Positions 9,840 to 20,219 of a stretch of 64,000 nucleotides of DNA are shown one piece after another. A program made the translations under genes and the position numbers. The notes beneath the pieces are model-generated. The model made no database searches, was not told the DNA's origin, and worked only from the letters and a program-made list of their open reading frames with translations. Source of the stretch: Bacteroidia bacterium. GTDB lineage: Bacteria; Bacteroidota; Bacteroidia; NS11-12g; UBA9320. Location of the stretch: positions 30,851 to 94,850 of the forward strand of contig JAGDZU010000001.1 in assembly GCA_049115575.1 (NCBI GenBank), read 5' to 3'. The first letter of the stretch is position 1; every line of letters begins with the position of its first letter.

Positions 9840-11261
9840 ATGAGATTGAACAAACTAACTGTAGGAGTGATGGCCCTTTTATTCGTGGTTCCCACTTCTT
9901 GTAAGAAAGAACAATCGTCTACTACGGGGTGGAATTACAACGACTCTAAATGGGGAGGATTTGAAAAGCACGAATATGCAGGTCAGGAAACTGGTCCTGG
10001 TCTAGTGCTAGTCAAAGGTGGAACATTCACAATGGGTTCTTCTGAAAACGACGTCCTTTACGAACACGATAACATCGAGAGAAAAGTAACAGTTCCTTCA
10101 TTCTATATGGATCAAACGGAGGTTACTAATAATCACTACAGAGAATATGTATACTGGTTGCAAAGAGTTTATGTGGATTACCCTGAGGTAGCCATAAATG
10201 CTTTGCCAGATACATTGGTATGGAGAGATCGTTTGGCTTATAATGAGCCTTATGTAGAATATTACTACAGACATCCAGCTTATCAGGATTATCCTGTTGT
10301 TGGTGTGAACTGGAGACAAGCTACCCAATACGCTGCCTGGAGAACAGATCGTGTAAACGAAATGATCATGATTAGGGAAGGTATCTTGGAGCCAGATCCA
10401 AACCAAATGAACGAAGCTAACTTCAACACAGGAGCTTATTACGTTGCTCAAGACGATGGATTGAGACAAGGTAATAAGCAAATGAAGAACTACCGTACAA
10501 AAAAGGGATCTAGAAGAGTTCGCATGGAAGACGGTATTATGCTTCCAGATTACAGGCTGCCAACTGAAGCTGAGTGGGAATACGCTGCACAAGCTAATAT
10601 TGGAGCTTCAACTCATGAGAACATTAACAATAAAAAGATTTATTCTTGGGAAGGTTTGACTGTTCGTCACACTGGAGGAAAAGAAAAGAACAGAGGTTTG
10701 ATTAATGCCAATGTTAAAAGAGGAAAAGGTGACCAAGGTGGTATTGCTAGTCGTTTGAACGATAAAGGCTTTATTACTGTACCAGTTGGTTCTTACTGGC
10801 CAAATGATCACGGTCTATACAATATGAGTGGAAACGTTGCTGAGTGGGTGATGGATGTTTATCGTCCTTTATCTTATGAAGATGAGTCCGATTTCAACGC
10901 TTTCCGTGGCAACTACTTTGTTAAAAAGAAATTAGACGAAGATGGTGTTGTAGATTTAAAAGATAGCTTGGGTAGATTGGTTTATGTTCCAGTTACCGAA
11001 GAGGAAAACATTGGAAGAAGAAATTACAAAAAAGCTGATAATGTAGGGTACTTAGATGAGGTTGACTATATGGACGGGGAACAGGGTTATGAGTATGGAG
11101 TTACTACATTAATAGATAATCAAGCTAGAGTTTATAAAGGGGGTTCTTGGAATGACAGAATCTATTGGGCTTCACCAGGAACTAGAAGATGGTTGGATGA
11201 AGAGCAAGCTCTTTCTACTTTAGGATTTAGATGCGCCATGCACCGCGTGGGAGCACCTTGA
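9840..11261 (+). CDS. gldJ: GldJ/GldK-family gliding-motility lipoprotein (SUMF1/formylglycine-generating-enzyme fold), likely GldJ
   Basis: Lipoprotein signal (VPTSC lipobox) and an FGE-like domain (LVKGGTFTMGS ... RGGSWN). It is not followed by gldLMN and sits beside porU/porV, which matches the gldJ-porU-porV neighbourhood known in Flavobacterium. Confidence 0.55.
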   Translation: MRLNKLTVGVMALLFVVPTSCKKEQSSTTGWNYNDSKWGGFEKHEYAGQETGPGLVLVKGGTFTMGSSENDVLYEHDNIERKVTVPSFYMDQTEVTNNHYREYVYWLQRVYVDYPEVAINALPDTLVWRDRLAYNEPYVEYYYRHPAYQDYPVVGVNWRQATQYAAWRTDRVNEMIMIREGILEPDPNQMNEANFNTGAYYVAQDDGLRQGNKQMKNYRTKKGSRRVRMEDGIMLPDYRLPTEAEWEYAAQANIGASTHENINNKKIYSWEGLTVRHTGGKEKNRGLINANVKRGKGDQGGIASRLNDKGFITVPVGSYWPNDHGLYNMSGNVAEWVMDVYRPLSYEDESDFNAFRGNYFVKKKLDEDGVVDLKDSLGRLVYVPVTEEENIGRRNYKKADNVGYLDEVDYMDGEQGYEYGVTTLIDNQARVYKGGSWNDRIYWASPGTRRWLDEEQALSTLGFRCAMHRVGAP

Positions 11262-11273
11262 TAAACAAAGATT

Positions 11274-11309
11274 TAAAAAAAAAAGCCAGCTTAAAGCTGG
11301 CTTTTTTTG
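11274..11309. terminator. Bidirectional rho-independent terminator between gldJ-like (+) and the bacilliredoxin gene (-)
   Basis: An A-run, then the stem GCCAGCTT/AAGCTGGC, then TTTTTTT. Confidence 0.6.
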
Positions 11310-11326
11310 TGTGTATTTCTGAATTC

Positions 11327-11740
11327 TTAACAGAAAGTTTTGTAAGCTTCTTTAAGGTGATTGCTAATCATTTCAGCAGATCTTCCTTCAATATGATGAC
11401 GTTCAACAAAATGAACTAAATCACCATCCTTAAAAATAGCAATGCTAGGAGATGAAGGAGGGTAAGGTAAGAGATACTCTCTAGCTTTAGCTGTTGCGTC
11501 TGAATCTTGACCTGCAAATACAGTATATAAATGATCTGGTTTACTTTCTCCTGTTAATGAAGATAAGACACCAGGTCTAGCGCTACCTGCGGCACAGCCA
11601 CAGACACTATTTACAACAAGAACAGCAGTTCCGCTCATATTGTCAAAAGCTTTTGAAACCGATTCTTGGTCTTTCAATTCACTGAAACCATTGTTGGTTA
11701 ATTCAGCCCTCATAGGGCTTACTAATTCTTCTGGATACAT
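11327..11740 (-). CDS. Bacilliredoxin (BrxA/BrxB, YphP/YqiW, DUF1094 family thiol-disulfide oxidoreductase)
   Basis: 137 aa with the CGC redox motif (NSVCGCAAG) typical of the YphP/YqiW family. Confidence 0.6.
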   Translation of the reverse strand: MYPEELVSPMRAELTNNGFSELKDQESVSKAFDNMSGTAVLVVNSVCGCAAGSARPGVLSSLTGESKPDHLYTVFAGQDSDATAKAREYLLPYPPSSPSIAIFKDGDLVHFVERHHIEGRSAEMISNHLKEAYKTFC

Positions 11741-11842
11741 CTTAATAAATATTTATTGCAAATATGCAACAATATAGAACCTATTAATGTTTAGTAAATA
11801 CTAATTTTGCAAACTGAAAATTCTACAATGGAAGCACAAACT

Positions 11843-13135
11843 ATGAATTATAAAGTTAAAGACATTTCCTTAGCTAATTGGGGAAGGAAAGAAATAGCGT
11901 TAGCAGAAGCTGAAATGCCAGGTCTAATGTCTTTGAGAGAAGAGTATGGAAACAGCAAACCTCTTGCTGGGGCCCGTATTGCAGGATGTCTGCACATGAC
12001 AATCCAAACAGCAGTTCTTATTGAAACCTTAACTGAGCTGGGCGCGGAGGTTACATGGAGTTCATGTAATATCTTTTCTACTCAAGATCATGCCGCTGCG
12101 GCAATTGCTGAAACTGGAGTTCCAGTTTATGCTTGGAAAGGAATGAACGAAGAGGAATTTGACTGGTGTATAGAGCAAACTCTTTTCGCATTTGAGGGTG
12201 GAAAGCCTTTGAACATGATTTTAGATGACGGAGGTGATCTTACCAATATGGTGTTAGATAGATATCCAGAATTAGTAAAAGATATCCGAGGGATCTCTGA
12301 AGAGACCACAACGGGTGTGTTGAGACTATATGATAGAACCAAGGCTGGGAAATTGCCTTTGCCAGCAATTAATGTGAATGATTCAGTAACCAAGTCAAAA
12401 TTTGATAACAAATACGGATGTAAAGAAAGCGCTGTAGATGCTATTAGACGTGCTACAGATATTATGATAGCTGGTAAAGTTGCAGTTGTTGCTGGATATG
12501 GAGATGTAGGAAAAGGAACTGCTGCTTCATTAAGAGGTGCAGGAGCTAGAGTAATTGTTACTGAAATTGATCCTATATGCGCGTTACAAGCTGCCATGGA
12601 CGGCTTTGAAGTAAAGCCAATGGAGAAAGCGATACCGAGAGCTCAGATTGTAGTTACCGCAACTGGTAACAAAGACATTATAACTTCTACTCATTTTAAG
12701 AGTATGAAAGACAAAACCATAGTTTGTAACATTGGCCATTTTGACAATGAAATAGACATGGCTTGGATAGAAAGCAATCATGGTGATTCTAAATATACTG
12801 TTAAACCACAGGTTGATGTCTATAATGTAGATGGAAATGAAATCATTGTATTGGCTGAGGGTAGATTGGTTAACTTAGGATGTGCTACAGGCCATCCGAG
12901 TTTTGTGATGAGCAACTCTTTCACCAATCAAACTTTAGCTCAACTTGAACTTTGGACTAACGCTGATAAGTACGATAATCAAGTTTATGTACTACCGAAG
13001 CATTTAGATGAGAAAGTTGCTAGATTGCATTTGGCCAAAATAGGTGTTGAGTTAGAAACCTTAACGGAAGAGCAATCTACATATATAGGAGTAAAACCTG
13101 AAGGTCCTTACAAACCAGAACACTACAGATACTAG
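11843..13135 (+). CDS. ahcY: Adenosylhomocysteinase
   Basis: [30 protein letters not shown]-terminus and an NAD-binding GYGDVGKG motif. The ORF-track start at 11807 is an alternative start. TAATTTTG -7 motif at 11802-11809. Confidence 0.9.
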   Translation: MNYKVKDISLANWGRKEIALAEAEMPGLMSLREEYGNSKPLAGARIAGCLHMTIQTAVLIETLTELGAEVTWSSCNIFSTQDHAAAAIAETGVPVYAWKGMNEEEFDWCIEQTLFAFEGGKPLNMILDDGGDLTNMVLDRYPELVKDIRGISEETTTGVLRLYDRTKAGKLPLPAINVNDSVTKSKFDNKYGCKESAVDAIRRATDIMIAGKVAVVAGYGDVGKGTAASLRGAGARVIVTEIDPICALQAAMDGFEVKPMEKAIPRAQIVVTATGNKDIITSTHFKSMKDKTIVCNIGHFDNEIDMAWIESNHGDSKYTVKPQVDVYNVDGNEIIVLAEGRLVNLGCATGHPSFVMSNSFTNQTLAQLELWTNADKYDNQVYVLPKHLDEKVARLHLAKIGVELETLTEEQSTYIGVKPEGPYKPEHYRY

Positions 13136-13157
13136 TATATATTAGCTAATTATAGAA

Positions 13158-13186
13158 AGGCTTGCCATTTGGCAGGCCTTTTTTAT
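13158..13186. terminator. Rho-independent terminator downstream of ahcY
   Basis: AGGCTTGCC-ATTT-GGCAGGCCT hairpin followed by TTTTTTATTT. Confidence 0.55.
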
Positions 13187-13899
13187 TTGATTCTTTTAAC
13201 ACCCGTTGTCCCTTGAGATAGGTAAATGGCATCAAAGCTTTCAATTTCGCTTGCTAGAATCGGTCGTTTAGTGAGTTGAAAGCCATATAAGGGCATCATA
13301 TATCTCAGACAGGTACCGTTCACATATCCTGAATTCGCTGGTGGAACAATCATTTCATCACCTTTTATACAGATGATATTACTGCTTAATTCTTCTATAA
13401 TTTCCCCATTTGAATTTGTTAGAAGCAGATAATCCAGTTTTTCTTCAACTTTATGTTTTGCAGCCAAAACATAGAAGGCAGAAGACAATGTTTTAACAGT
13501 AAATATGGGATGTGATGGTTTAGCGAGTTCGTAGATGCCAATGCTGCCTGCCTGTTTGGGGGCTTTCTGCAATTCAGCAAACAAATCAAGTTTGGCAGGA
13601 AGCCAAAACTCTGAGTTTGACGTTGCTGTCTCTATTTCGGTTGCGAAGCTATTATTAATAGGGGCGTATTTCCCTTCTCCCTCTCGGTAAAAGCTAATTC
13701 TAACAACATGGTCTGGATGTTTTTCTGGATTTATTATTTGACTTAACCATTCAGGTGTTGGCTCGAAATCAATCTCAAATTCAAATATGCTTATTCCATC
13801 TTTTATCCTAAGTAGGTGTTGATCAAGCAATGGAATATGCCCTTTGATAGTCCTTATAGATTCAAAAAAACCGTCTCCATACTTAAAACCTCTATTCAT
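13183..13899 (-). CDS. Aminotransferase class IV / aminodeoxychorismate lyase-like protein
   Basis: The N-terminal FKYGDGFFESIR and overall size resemble short Bacteroidetes PabC-like class IV fold proteins. Confidence 0.5.
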   Translation of the reverse strand: MNRGFKYGDGFFESIRTIKGHIPLLDQHLLRIKDGISIFEFEIDFEPTPEWLSQIINPEKHPDHVVRISFYREGEGKYAPINNSFATEIETATSNSEFWLPAKLDLFAELQKAPKQAGSIGIYELAKPSHPIFTVKTLSSAFYVLAAKHKVEEKLDYLLLTNSNGEIIEELSSNIICIKGDEMIVPPANSGYVNGTCLRYMMPLYGFQLTKRPILASEIESFDAIYLSQGTTGVKRIK

Positions 13900-14289
13900 T
13901 AATGCGAATTAAATAAACTGCATTGATAAGAGGGTTTTTATATATGAGAAAAGTCTAGAAAAGAGAATATATTCTAAAAAGGGGATTATAATCTGATTTA
14001 TGGAACACGAAGATGTAATGTTGTAGGGTCGTTTGTGTTGTTGTAATGTATTGATAAGCAATTAGATAGGCTTTTATTTTTAAATTTTGGCATGCTTAAA
14101 GATTTTTTGGCACCTGGATTGAATAAGTATAATCACACGTTCTTTAACACAAAGTGAAATAAACCTAATACTCTGCGCTGCAGAGAACATATAAACGCTT
14201 TGATAAACTACTAACTACTTATTTGATTATTTAACCATTACGTTTTTTACTATTTAACCATTAACGTTTTAATTACTAACTTTAGAATC

Positions 14290-14319
14290 GGCTCGCCAAT
14301 CGGCGGGCCATTCTTTTTT
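14290..14319 (+). terminator. Plus-oriented intrinsic-terminator-like hairpin abutting the cyclase stop codon, with no plus-strand gene upstream
   Basis: GGCTCGCC-AATC-GGCGGGCC then ATTCTTTTTT. It lies 420 nt of non-coding sequence downstream of the 13183-13899 gene. Confidence 0.4.
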
Positions 14320-16360
14320 AAGCTGGATTTAGCTCAGTCTTAGATTCTGTTATGTCGATTTCGGGTTCATAGCCAGGTGCAAAAGTCACAAAGTACATAT
14401 CAATTGCGCCTTTGTGCTTAGCTTCAATCTTTCCTCTATGTTCAAACTCAAACATAGGGTCGTCTTTAATGATGTTGTAAGTATCGCTGGATATGTTTAC
14501 GTGTCCTACCTTACCTGAAGATTCCATTCTAGCGGCTGTATTCACAGTATCTCCCCAAATGTCATATTGGAATTTCTTGACACCTACGATTCCAGCAACT
14601 GCTGATCCCGTGTGTATGCCAACCCTCATTTCAAATGCAATTTTGTCATCAGCATCCATGGCTGCTTTTCTTTCCGTGATAAATAGCTGCATTTCAAGCG
14701 CTGCCTGTACGGTATGGCTTACAGATCCGCTTTCTGGAACAGGTAGCCCACCAGCTGCCATGTATGCGTCTCCAATGGTTTTAATTTTTTCTACATTATA
14801 CTTCTCCATAATGCGGTCAAATGCTTCAAAACAAGCATTTATTTCCATTACTAATTCAGTCGCTGATAGTTTTTCAGATGTTTGTGTAAACTCTTTGAAG
14901 TCTGTAAATAGAATCGTCACCTTGTCGTGGTTCTTTGCTGCGGCAAATCCTTTTTCTTTTAGTTCCTTCGCTATCTCTTCGGGAAGAATGTTCAGTAATA
15001 ATTCATCCGATCGATCTCTTTCCTTTCTAATGATTTTTCTTGACTTTCTTACTACCCTTAGTTGTGCAAATAGACCACCAGCGATAATAAAGACGATTAG
15101 ACCGCCTATCATCATATAGTTTCTAATCTTAGTGGTTTTTTCAACTTCTGCTTTGTGTTCAAGTTCCGTTCTTAGGCGTTCTTCTTCTTTTTGAAGGCTG
15201 TCATTTCTGAACTTCACTTTTTGCATTTGAAGCTCCTTGGTGTGCTCTAACTTCTTGAGCATGTCTTCGGTCTGGTCAGAGGAAAGCTGATCGTTTAGCA
15301 TCATCATTCTTTCCATATAGGCTAATGCATAGTCTTCGTTGCCTTTGCGTTTATGAGACAAATAAAGACATTCGCAGGCATTGAATTGCTGTAGGGTAAG
15401 TTGTTGTTGTTCGCTGATTAAGTAACTTTTTTCGCACCATTCTATGGCTTTGTCGTACTTCTTGAATTTAATATTTACATCACCAATGTTGGTTTGAGAT
15501 ATACTCATTCCTTTTTTGTCATTATTGGCCTCCTGTAACTTTAAACATCGCTTGAAGTAATCTTCTGCCTTGCTGTATTCTTCAGCTCTATTAAAAAGGT
15601 TTCCTAGGTTATTGAGCGCAGTTGCTTCTCCAATTTGGTCCCCTAGCCCTTGGTAAAGGCTTAAGCTTTTATTGTAGTACTCCATAGCTTTAGCACCATT
15701 GCCAAGTTTGCTATAAACCATACCCATATTGTTGTTAGACGAGGCTATGCCAGATTTGTTATCCATTTTTTCGTCTATTGCAAGGCTCTTGCTGAAGTAA
15801 TCTAACGCTTCTTCGTTCTTATTCTGCAATGAGTATACAGAACCAATATTGGAGTAGGTAACTGCCAAGCCGGCCTGATCATCTATTTCCAATTTGATGG
15901 TTAAGCTTTCTAGGTAATGCTCTAGGGCTTTCGGATAATCTCCTAAGTTGTCGTATACAGTTCCTACATTATTATGTGAGCTTGCGATGCTTGCTTTAAC
16001 CTTAGATTCTCGGGCGATGTCAAGACTAGCCATGTAATGATTCAGGGCTTTGATGTAAGCGGTCTCTACATAGTAAGTGCCTCCTATTATAGTATGGGCT
16101 TCTATTTGGTGGTTAATTAAGTTGTGCTCAATGGCCATGCCTAGGACTGCTGTTGCTATATTTCTACTTGAGTCCGGATGGCTATAAAGCAAGTTTCTTG
16201 CTAGCTCTTCAGCTGCTTCCAATCTGTCATCATCACCCAGTTCAATGTTATTCCAGTCTTTGAGAAGTTGCTCATTGCTCTGGCCTTTGGCTTCAGAAAT
16301 AAATAATAAAGTACTACACAGAAAAAAGCTTAGAAACAGGCTGCGTCTTGTCGATTTCAT
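14318..16360 (-). CDS. Class III adenylate/guanylate cyclase with an N-terminal periplasmic TPR-repeat sensor region and a single TM helix
   Basis: Signal peptide, multiple TPR-like repeats (NLGNLF.., NIGSVY..), a TM segment (MMIGGLIVFIIAGGLFA), a coiled coil, then a cyclase domain (KIKTIGDAYMAAGGLP; GIHTGSAVAGIVGVKKFQYDIWGDTVNTAARMES). Confidence 0.8.
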   Translation of the reverse strand: MKSTRRSLFLSFFLCSTLLFISEAKGQSNEQLLKDWNNIELGDDDRLEAAEELARNLLYSHPDSSRNIATAVLGMAIEHNLINHQIEAHTIIGGTYYVETAYIKALNHYMASLDIARESKVKASIASSHNNVGTVYDNLGDYPKALEHYLESLTIKLEIDDQAGLAVTYSNIGSVYSLQNKNEEALDYFSKSLAIDEKMDNKSGIASSNNNMGMVYSKLGNGAKAMEYYNKSLSLYQGLGDQIGEATALNNLGNLFNRAEEYSKAEDYFKRCLKLQEANNDKKGMSISQTNIGDVNIKFKKYDKAIEWCEKSYLISEQQQLTLQQFNACECLYLSHKRKGNEDYALAYMERMMMLNDQLSSDQTEDMLKKLEHTKELQMQKVKFRNDSLQKEEERLRTELEHKAEVEKTTKIRNYMMIGGLIVFIIAGGLFAQLRVVRKSRKIIRKERDRSDELLLNILPEEIAKELKEKGFAAAKNHDKVTILFTDFKEFTQTSEKLSATELVMEINACFEAFDRIMEKYNVEKIKTIGDAYMAAGGLPVPESGSVSHTVQAALEMQLFITERKAAMDADDKIAFEMRVGIHTGSAVAGIVGVKKFQYDIWGDTVNTAARMESSGKVGHVNISSDTYNIIKDDPMFEFEHRGKIEAKHKGAIDMYFVTFAPGYEPEIDITESKTELNPA

Positions 16361-16725
16361 ATTAGGATTAGTTCAGCCGCTAACATACAAAAATATTTTT
16401 CAGTTTATTGAAACTATAGTTCCTATAATTGGACTAAAATCTATAAAGGAGACAATAGGCCATATTCGGAAATTAGTGTTCGTGGCAAATATGCATCCAA
16501 TAAATCTTTATATCTATCACAAAACCAGTTAGATACAAATGATTGTTATGAATTTGGATGCTCATTGGCATAAGACTTGAACTCATTTATTCAGTTATGT
16601 TATTTGAATAAACCGACTGATCAATGCATAAAGCCATAATCAGTAGATTATATAAATACGCTTAACTACTATTATTTATTAACCATTAGTACTAACTATT
16701 CAACCTTTAAAGGTTTTACGTTTCA

Positions 16726-16760
16726 AGCCCAGGCATCTAACCAATGTCTGGGTTTCTTTT
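16726..16760 (+). terminator. Plus-oriented terminator-like hairpin in the divergent promoter region just upstream of icmF
   Basis: CCCAGGCAT-loop-ATGTCTGGG followed by TTTCTTTTTG. Confidence 0.35.
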
Positions 16761-16795
16761 TGCATAAGATTATCTTTGCAGCCACAATCAAGTTC

Positions 16796-19700
16796 ATGAT
16801 CAGTACCGAAGTATATATTCCTAAGAACAAGGTAAGAATTGTTACAGCAGCTTCTTTGTTCGATGGTCACGATGCGGCAATCAATGTGATGCGTCGTATT
16901 ATTCAATCTACAGGGTGTGAAGTTATCCATCTTGGGCACGACAGAAGTGCTGAAGAAGTTGTTGATACGGCTATTCAAGAAGATGCAAATGCCATCGCCA
17001 TGACCTCCTATCAAGGTGGGCATATGGAATATTTTAAATATATGTATGACCTCCTTAAAGAAAAAGGGGCCAGCCATATTAAAATCTTTGGAGGAGGTGG
17101 TGGAACTATTCTGCCTTCGGAGATCAAAGAATTACAGGAGTATGGAATTGCTCGGATATATCATCCTGATGATGGCAGAGAAATGGGCCTACAAGGTATG
17201 ATTAATGATTTAGTAGAAAAGGCTGATTTTCCTACCGGTTACTCATTGAATGGAGAACTAGAATCGTTTAAAACAGGAGATAAGATGTCTATTGCCAAGG
17301 TGATCTCAGCTGCTGAAAATTACCCTGATGAGCATGTTGGAAGCCTAAAGATTATAGAAAAGGAAGCTGATCAAATTCATACACCGATATTAGGTATTAC
17401 CGGCACTGGAGGAGCTGGTAAGTCAAGTCTAGTTGACGAACTAGTTAGAAGATTCTTGCTAGATTTCGAAGATAAAACCATTGCCATCATCTCAGTAGAT
17501 CCATCTAAAAGAAAAACAGGAGGTGCACTTTTGGGTGATCGAATTCGCATGAACAGTATCAGGAACGAGCGCGTTTATATGCGATCGTTGGCAACAAGAC
17601 AAGCAAATTTGGCACTGTCTAAACATATAGATACAGCCATTGATATTCTTAAAGTTGCGGGCTATGATTTAATCATTTTAGAAACATCTGGTATTGGCCA
17701 GAGTGATACAGAGATTACCGACCATTCTGATGTGAGCCTGTACGTTATGACTCCTGAATATGGAGCTGCTACTCAACTCGAGAAGATTGATATGCTTGAC
17801 TTTGCAGACCTAATTGCAATTAACAAGTTTGATAAAAGAGGTGCTCTAGACGCTTTAAGAGATGTAAAAAAACAGTTTCAACGAAACAATAAACTGTTTG
17901 ATGCTGATGTTGAAAGCATGCCAGTTTATGGTACAATAGCTTCCCAATTCAATGATCCTGGAGTGAATTCTTTGTACTCAAGACTCATAGAAACCATTAA
18001 TCAGAAGAAAGATGCAGGATTGCCTTCTGGTGCTAAGGAGGAAACTGATTTATCAGAGAAGATCTATATAATTCCTCCCAAAAGGATTAGGTACTTATCA
18101 GAGATTGCTGAAAATAATAGAGCGTATGATGAGTGGGTTGAAAAACAAGCCAAAATAGCCCAAAAGCTCTACGGGATTAGAACAACCATAACTACTCTAG
18201 AAGAAGAAAAAGATGGAGATCACCAAGTGGTTATAGAGCAGCTGCAAACCAGCTATAAGAAGTTATCACTTGATTTTGATCCTAAACTGCAGATACTGTT
18301 AGATGAATGGGGTCAGGTAAAAGAAGATTATAATAACGACATCTATACTTATTTAGTTAGAAACAGAGAGATTAAAGTGGAAACCAAATCACTTTCTCTT
18401 TCTCATCAAAAAATTCCAAAGGTCTCCTTGCCAAAATACGAGGCGTGGGGAGACGTGTTGAAATGGAATTTGCAAGAGAATGTGCCAGGCAAGTTTCCAT
18501 ATACCGCAGGAATCTACCCTTTCAAAAGAGAAGGGGAGGATCCTACTCGAATGTTTGCAGGTGAAGGTGGTCCAGAAAGAACCAATAAGCGATTCCATTA
18601 CTTGAGTTTAGAAATGCCAGCCAAAAGATTGTCAACTGCATTTGATTCCGTAACTCTTTATGGCAACGATCCTGACTACAGGCCAGATATATATGGGAAA
18701 ATAGGTAATGCAGGTGTTTCAATTTGCTGTCTTGACGATGCTAAAAAGCTTTACAGTGGATTTAATCTAGCAGACCCAAAAACTTCCGTGTCCATGACAA
18801 TAAATGGACCAGCCCCTATGTTGCTGGCGTATTTCATGAATGCAGCTATAGACCAACAATGTGAGCTTTACATTAAAGAACAAGGACTTGAAAAGGAAGT
18901 TGCTGCAAAAATTGAGAAGTATTTTGCAAATAAGGGAAGTAAACAGCCCCAATACAATGGAGATCTTCCTGAAGGGAATGACGGTCTTGGTTTAATGCTA
19001 CTAGGCCTGACCGGAGACAAAGTGTTAGATGCAGAAACCTACGCTAATATAAAAGCAGAAACTTTAAAGCAGGTTAGAGGAACGGTTCAGGCAGATATTT
19101 TAAAAGAGGATCAGGCTCAAAATACATGCATATTCTCAACCGAATTTGCACTGAGGTTGATGGGTGATGTACAGCACTATTTCATAGATAATGGGGTAAG
19201 GAATTTTTATTCAGTTTCAATATCGGGTTACCATATAGCAGAAGCCGGAGCAAATCCAATTACCCAATTGGCGTTCACTTTAGCCAATGGTTTTACTTAT
19301 GTAGAGTACTACCTAAGTAGAGGTATGGACATAAATCAATTTGGTCCGAACCTGAGTTTCTTCTTTTCAAATGGAATTGATCCTGAATACGCGGTTATTG
19401 GAAGGGTGGCAAGACGAATATGGGCAAAAGCCATGAAATTAAAATATGGAGCCGATCCAAGAGCTCAGATGCTGAAATACCACATACAGACATCGGGTAG
19501 AAGTTTGCATGCTCAAGAAATTGATTTCAATGATATAAGAACTACTCTCCAAGCATTGTACGCTATATATGACAACTGCAATTCGCTACATACCAATGCA
19601 TATGATGAGGCTATTACCACTCCAACGGAAGAGTCGGTAAGGCGAGCAGTTGCTATTCAACTTATTATTAATAGAGAACTGGGATTGGCTAAAAATGAGA

Positions 19701-20176
19701 ATCCATTACAGGGCTCTTTTATTATCGAAGAACTGACAGATCTAGTTGAGGCAGCAGTATTAACTGAGTTTGATAGGATAACAGAAAGAGGAGGGGTGCT
19801 TGGTGCTATGGAAACCATGTATCAAAGAAGTAAAATCCAAGAGGAAAGTTTGTATTACGAAACTTTGAAGCATACAGGTGAGTACCCAATAATTGGGGTG
19901 AATACTTTCTTGAGCTCTAAAGGGTCCCCTACAATACTTCCCAAAGAGGTAATTCGCGCAACCGAAGATGAAAAGAAATTCCAAATTAATACATTGAACG
20001 AGCTTCATTCGAGGAATTCTAGTGAGACATCAGAACACCTAAAAGATGTTCAGAAAGTGGCATTGAGCAATGCCAATGTGTTTGAGGCCTTAATGGAAGC
20101 AGCAAAGTATTGTTCTCTAGGCCAGATTACTTCATCTCTATTTGAAGTTGGTGGGCAGTATAGAAGAAATATGTAA
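16796..20176 (+). CDS. icmF: Fused isobutyryl-CoA mutase IcmF (B12-binding domain + MeaB-like G-protein + mutase catalytic domain)
   Basis: N-terminal B12 domain ([24 protein letters not shown], DxHxxG), P-loop GTPase ([17 protein letters not shown]) and a C-terminal mutase substrate-binding barrel. The start [12 protein letters not shown] aligns with known IcmF N-termini. The ORF-track start at 16760 is probably too far upstream. Confidence 0.85.
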   Translation: MISTEVYIPKNKVRIVTAASLFDGHDAAINVMRRIIQSTGCEVIHLGHDRSAEEVVDTAIQEDANAIAMTSYQGGHMEYFKYMYDLLKEKGASHIKIFGGGGGTILPSEIKELQEYGIARIYHPDDGREMGLQGMINDLVEKADFPTGYSLNGELESFKTGDKMSIAKVISAAENYPDEHVGSLKIIEKEADQIHTPILGITGTGGAGKSSLVDELVRRFLLDFEDKTIAIISVDPSKRKTGGALLGDRIRMNSIRNERVYMRSLATRQANLALSKHIDTAIDILKVAGYDLIILETSGIGQSDTEITDHSDVSLYVMTPEYGAATQLEKIDMLDFADLIAINKFDKRGALDALRDVKKQFQRNNKLFDADVESMPVYGTIASQFNDPGVNSLYSRLIETINQKKDAGLPSGAKEETDLSEKIYIIPPKRIRYLSEIAENNRAYDEWVEKQAKIAQKLYGIRTTITTLEEEKDGDHQVVIEQLQTSYKKLSLDFDPKLQILLDEWGQVKEDYNNDIYTYLVRNREIKVETKSLSLSHQKIPKVSLPKYEAWGDVLKWNLQENVPGKFPYTAGIYPFKREGEDPTRMFAGEGGPERTNKRFHYLSLEMPAKRLSTAFDSVTLYGNDPDYRPDIYGKIGNAGVSICCLDDAKKLYSGFNLADPKTSVSMTINGPAPMLLAYFMNAAIDQQCELYIKEQGLEKEVAAKIEKYFANKGSKQPQYNGDLPEGNDGLGLMLLGLTGDKVLDAETYANIKAETLKQVRGTVQADILKEDQAQNTCIFSTEFALRLMGDVQHYFIDNGVRNFYSVSISGYHIAEAGANPITQLAFTLANGFTYVEYYLSRGMDINQFGPNLSFFFSNGIDPEYAVIGRVARRIWAKAMKLKYGADPRAQMLKYHIQTSGRSLHAQEIDFNDIRTTLQALYAIYDNCNSLHTNAYDEAITTPTEESVRRAVAIQLIINRELGLAKNENPLQGSFIIEELTDLVEAAVLTEFDRITERGGVLGAMETMYQRSKIQEESLYYETLKHTGEYPIIGVNTFLSSKGSPTILPKEVIRATEDEKKFQINTLNELHSRNSSETSEHLKDVQKVALSNANVFEALMEAAKYCSLGQITSSLFEVGGQYRRNM

Positions 20177-20219
20177 GAGCAGCTGTTCTTAAAGCTTTCT
20201 CGGGATTAATTAAATTGAT

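Noticed and set aside
10098-10811. 164-aa and 67-aa minus-strand ORFs inside the gldJ-like gene
   Set aside because: They are antisense to a motif-supported CDS and have no features of their own.
11231-11419. 62-aa ORF overlapping the gldJ stop, the terminator and the bacilliredoxin gene
   Set aside because: It runs through a strong terminator hairpin and is antisense to a recognisable CDS.
12127-12781. 156-aa and 65-aa minus-strand ORFs inside ahcY
   Set aside because: They are antisense to a highly conserved housekeeping gene.
14493-15119. 208-aa plus-strand ORF inside the cyclase gene
   Set aside because: It is antisense to a strongly supported CDS, has serine/alanine-rich low complexity and no independent signals.
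16245-16532. 95-aa ORF spanning the cyclase 5' end and upstream intergenic region
   Set aside because: It overlaps the cyclase start and has no RBS or promoter context. The region is better explained as a regulatory or sRNA-like element.
18389-20008. Several 60-80 aa minus-strand ORFs inside icmF
   Set aside because: They are antisense to a well-supported 1127-aa CDS.
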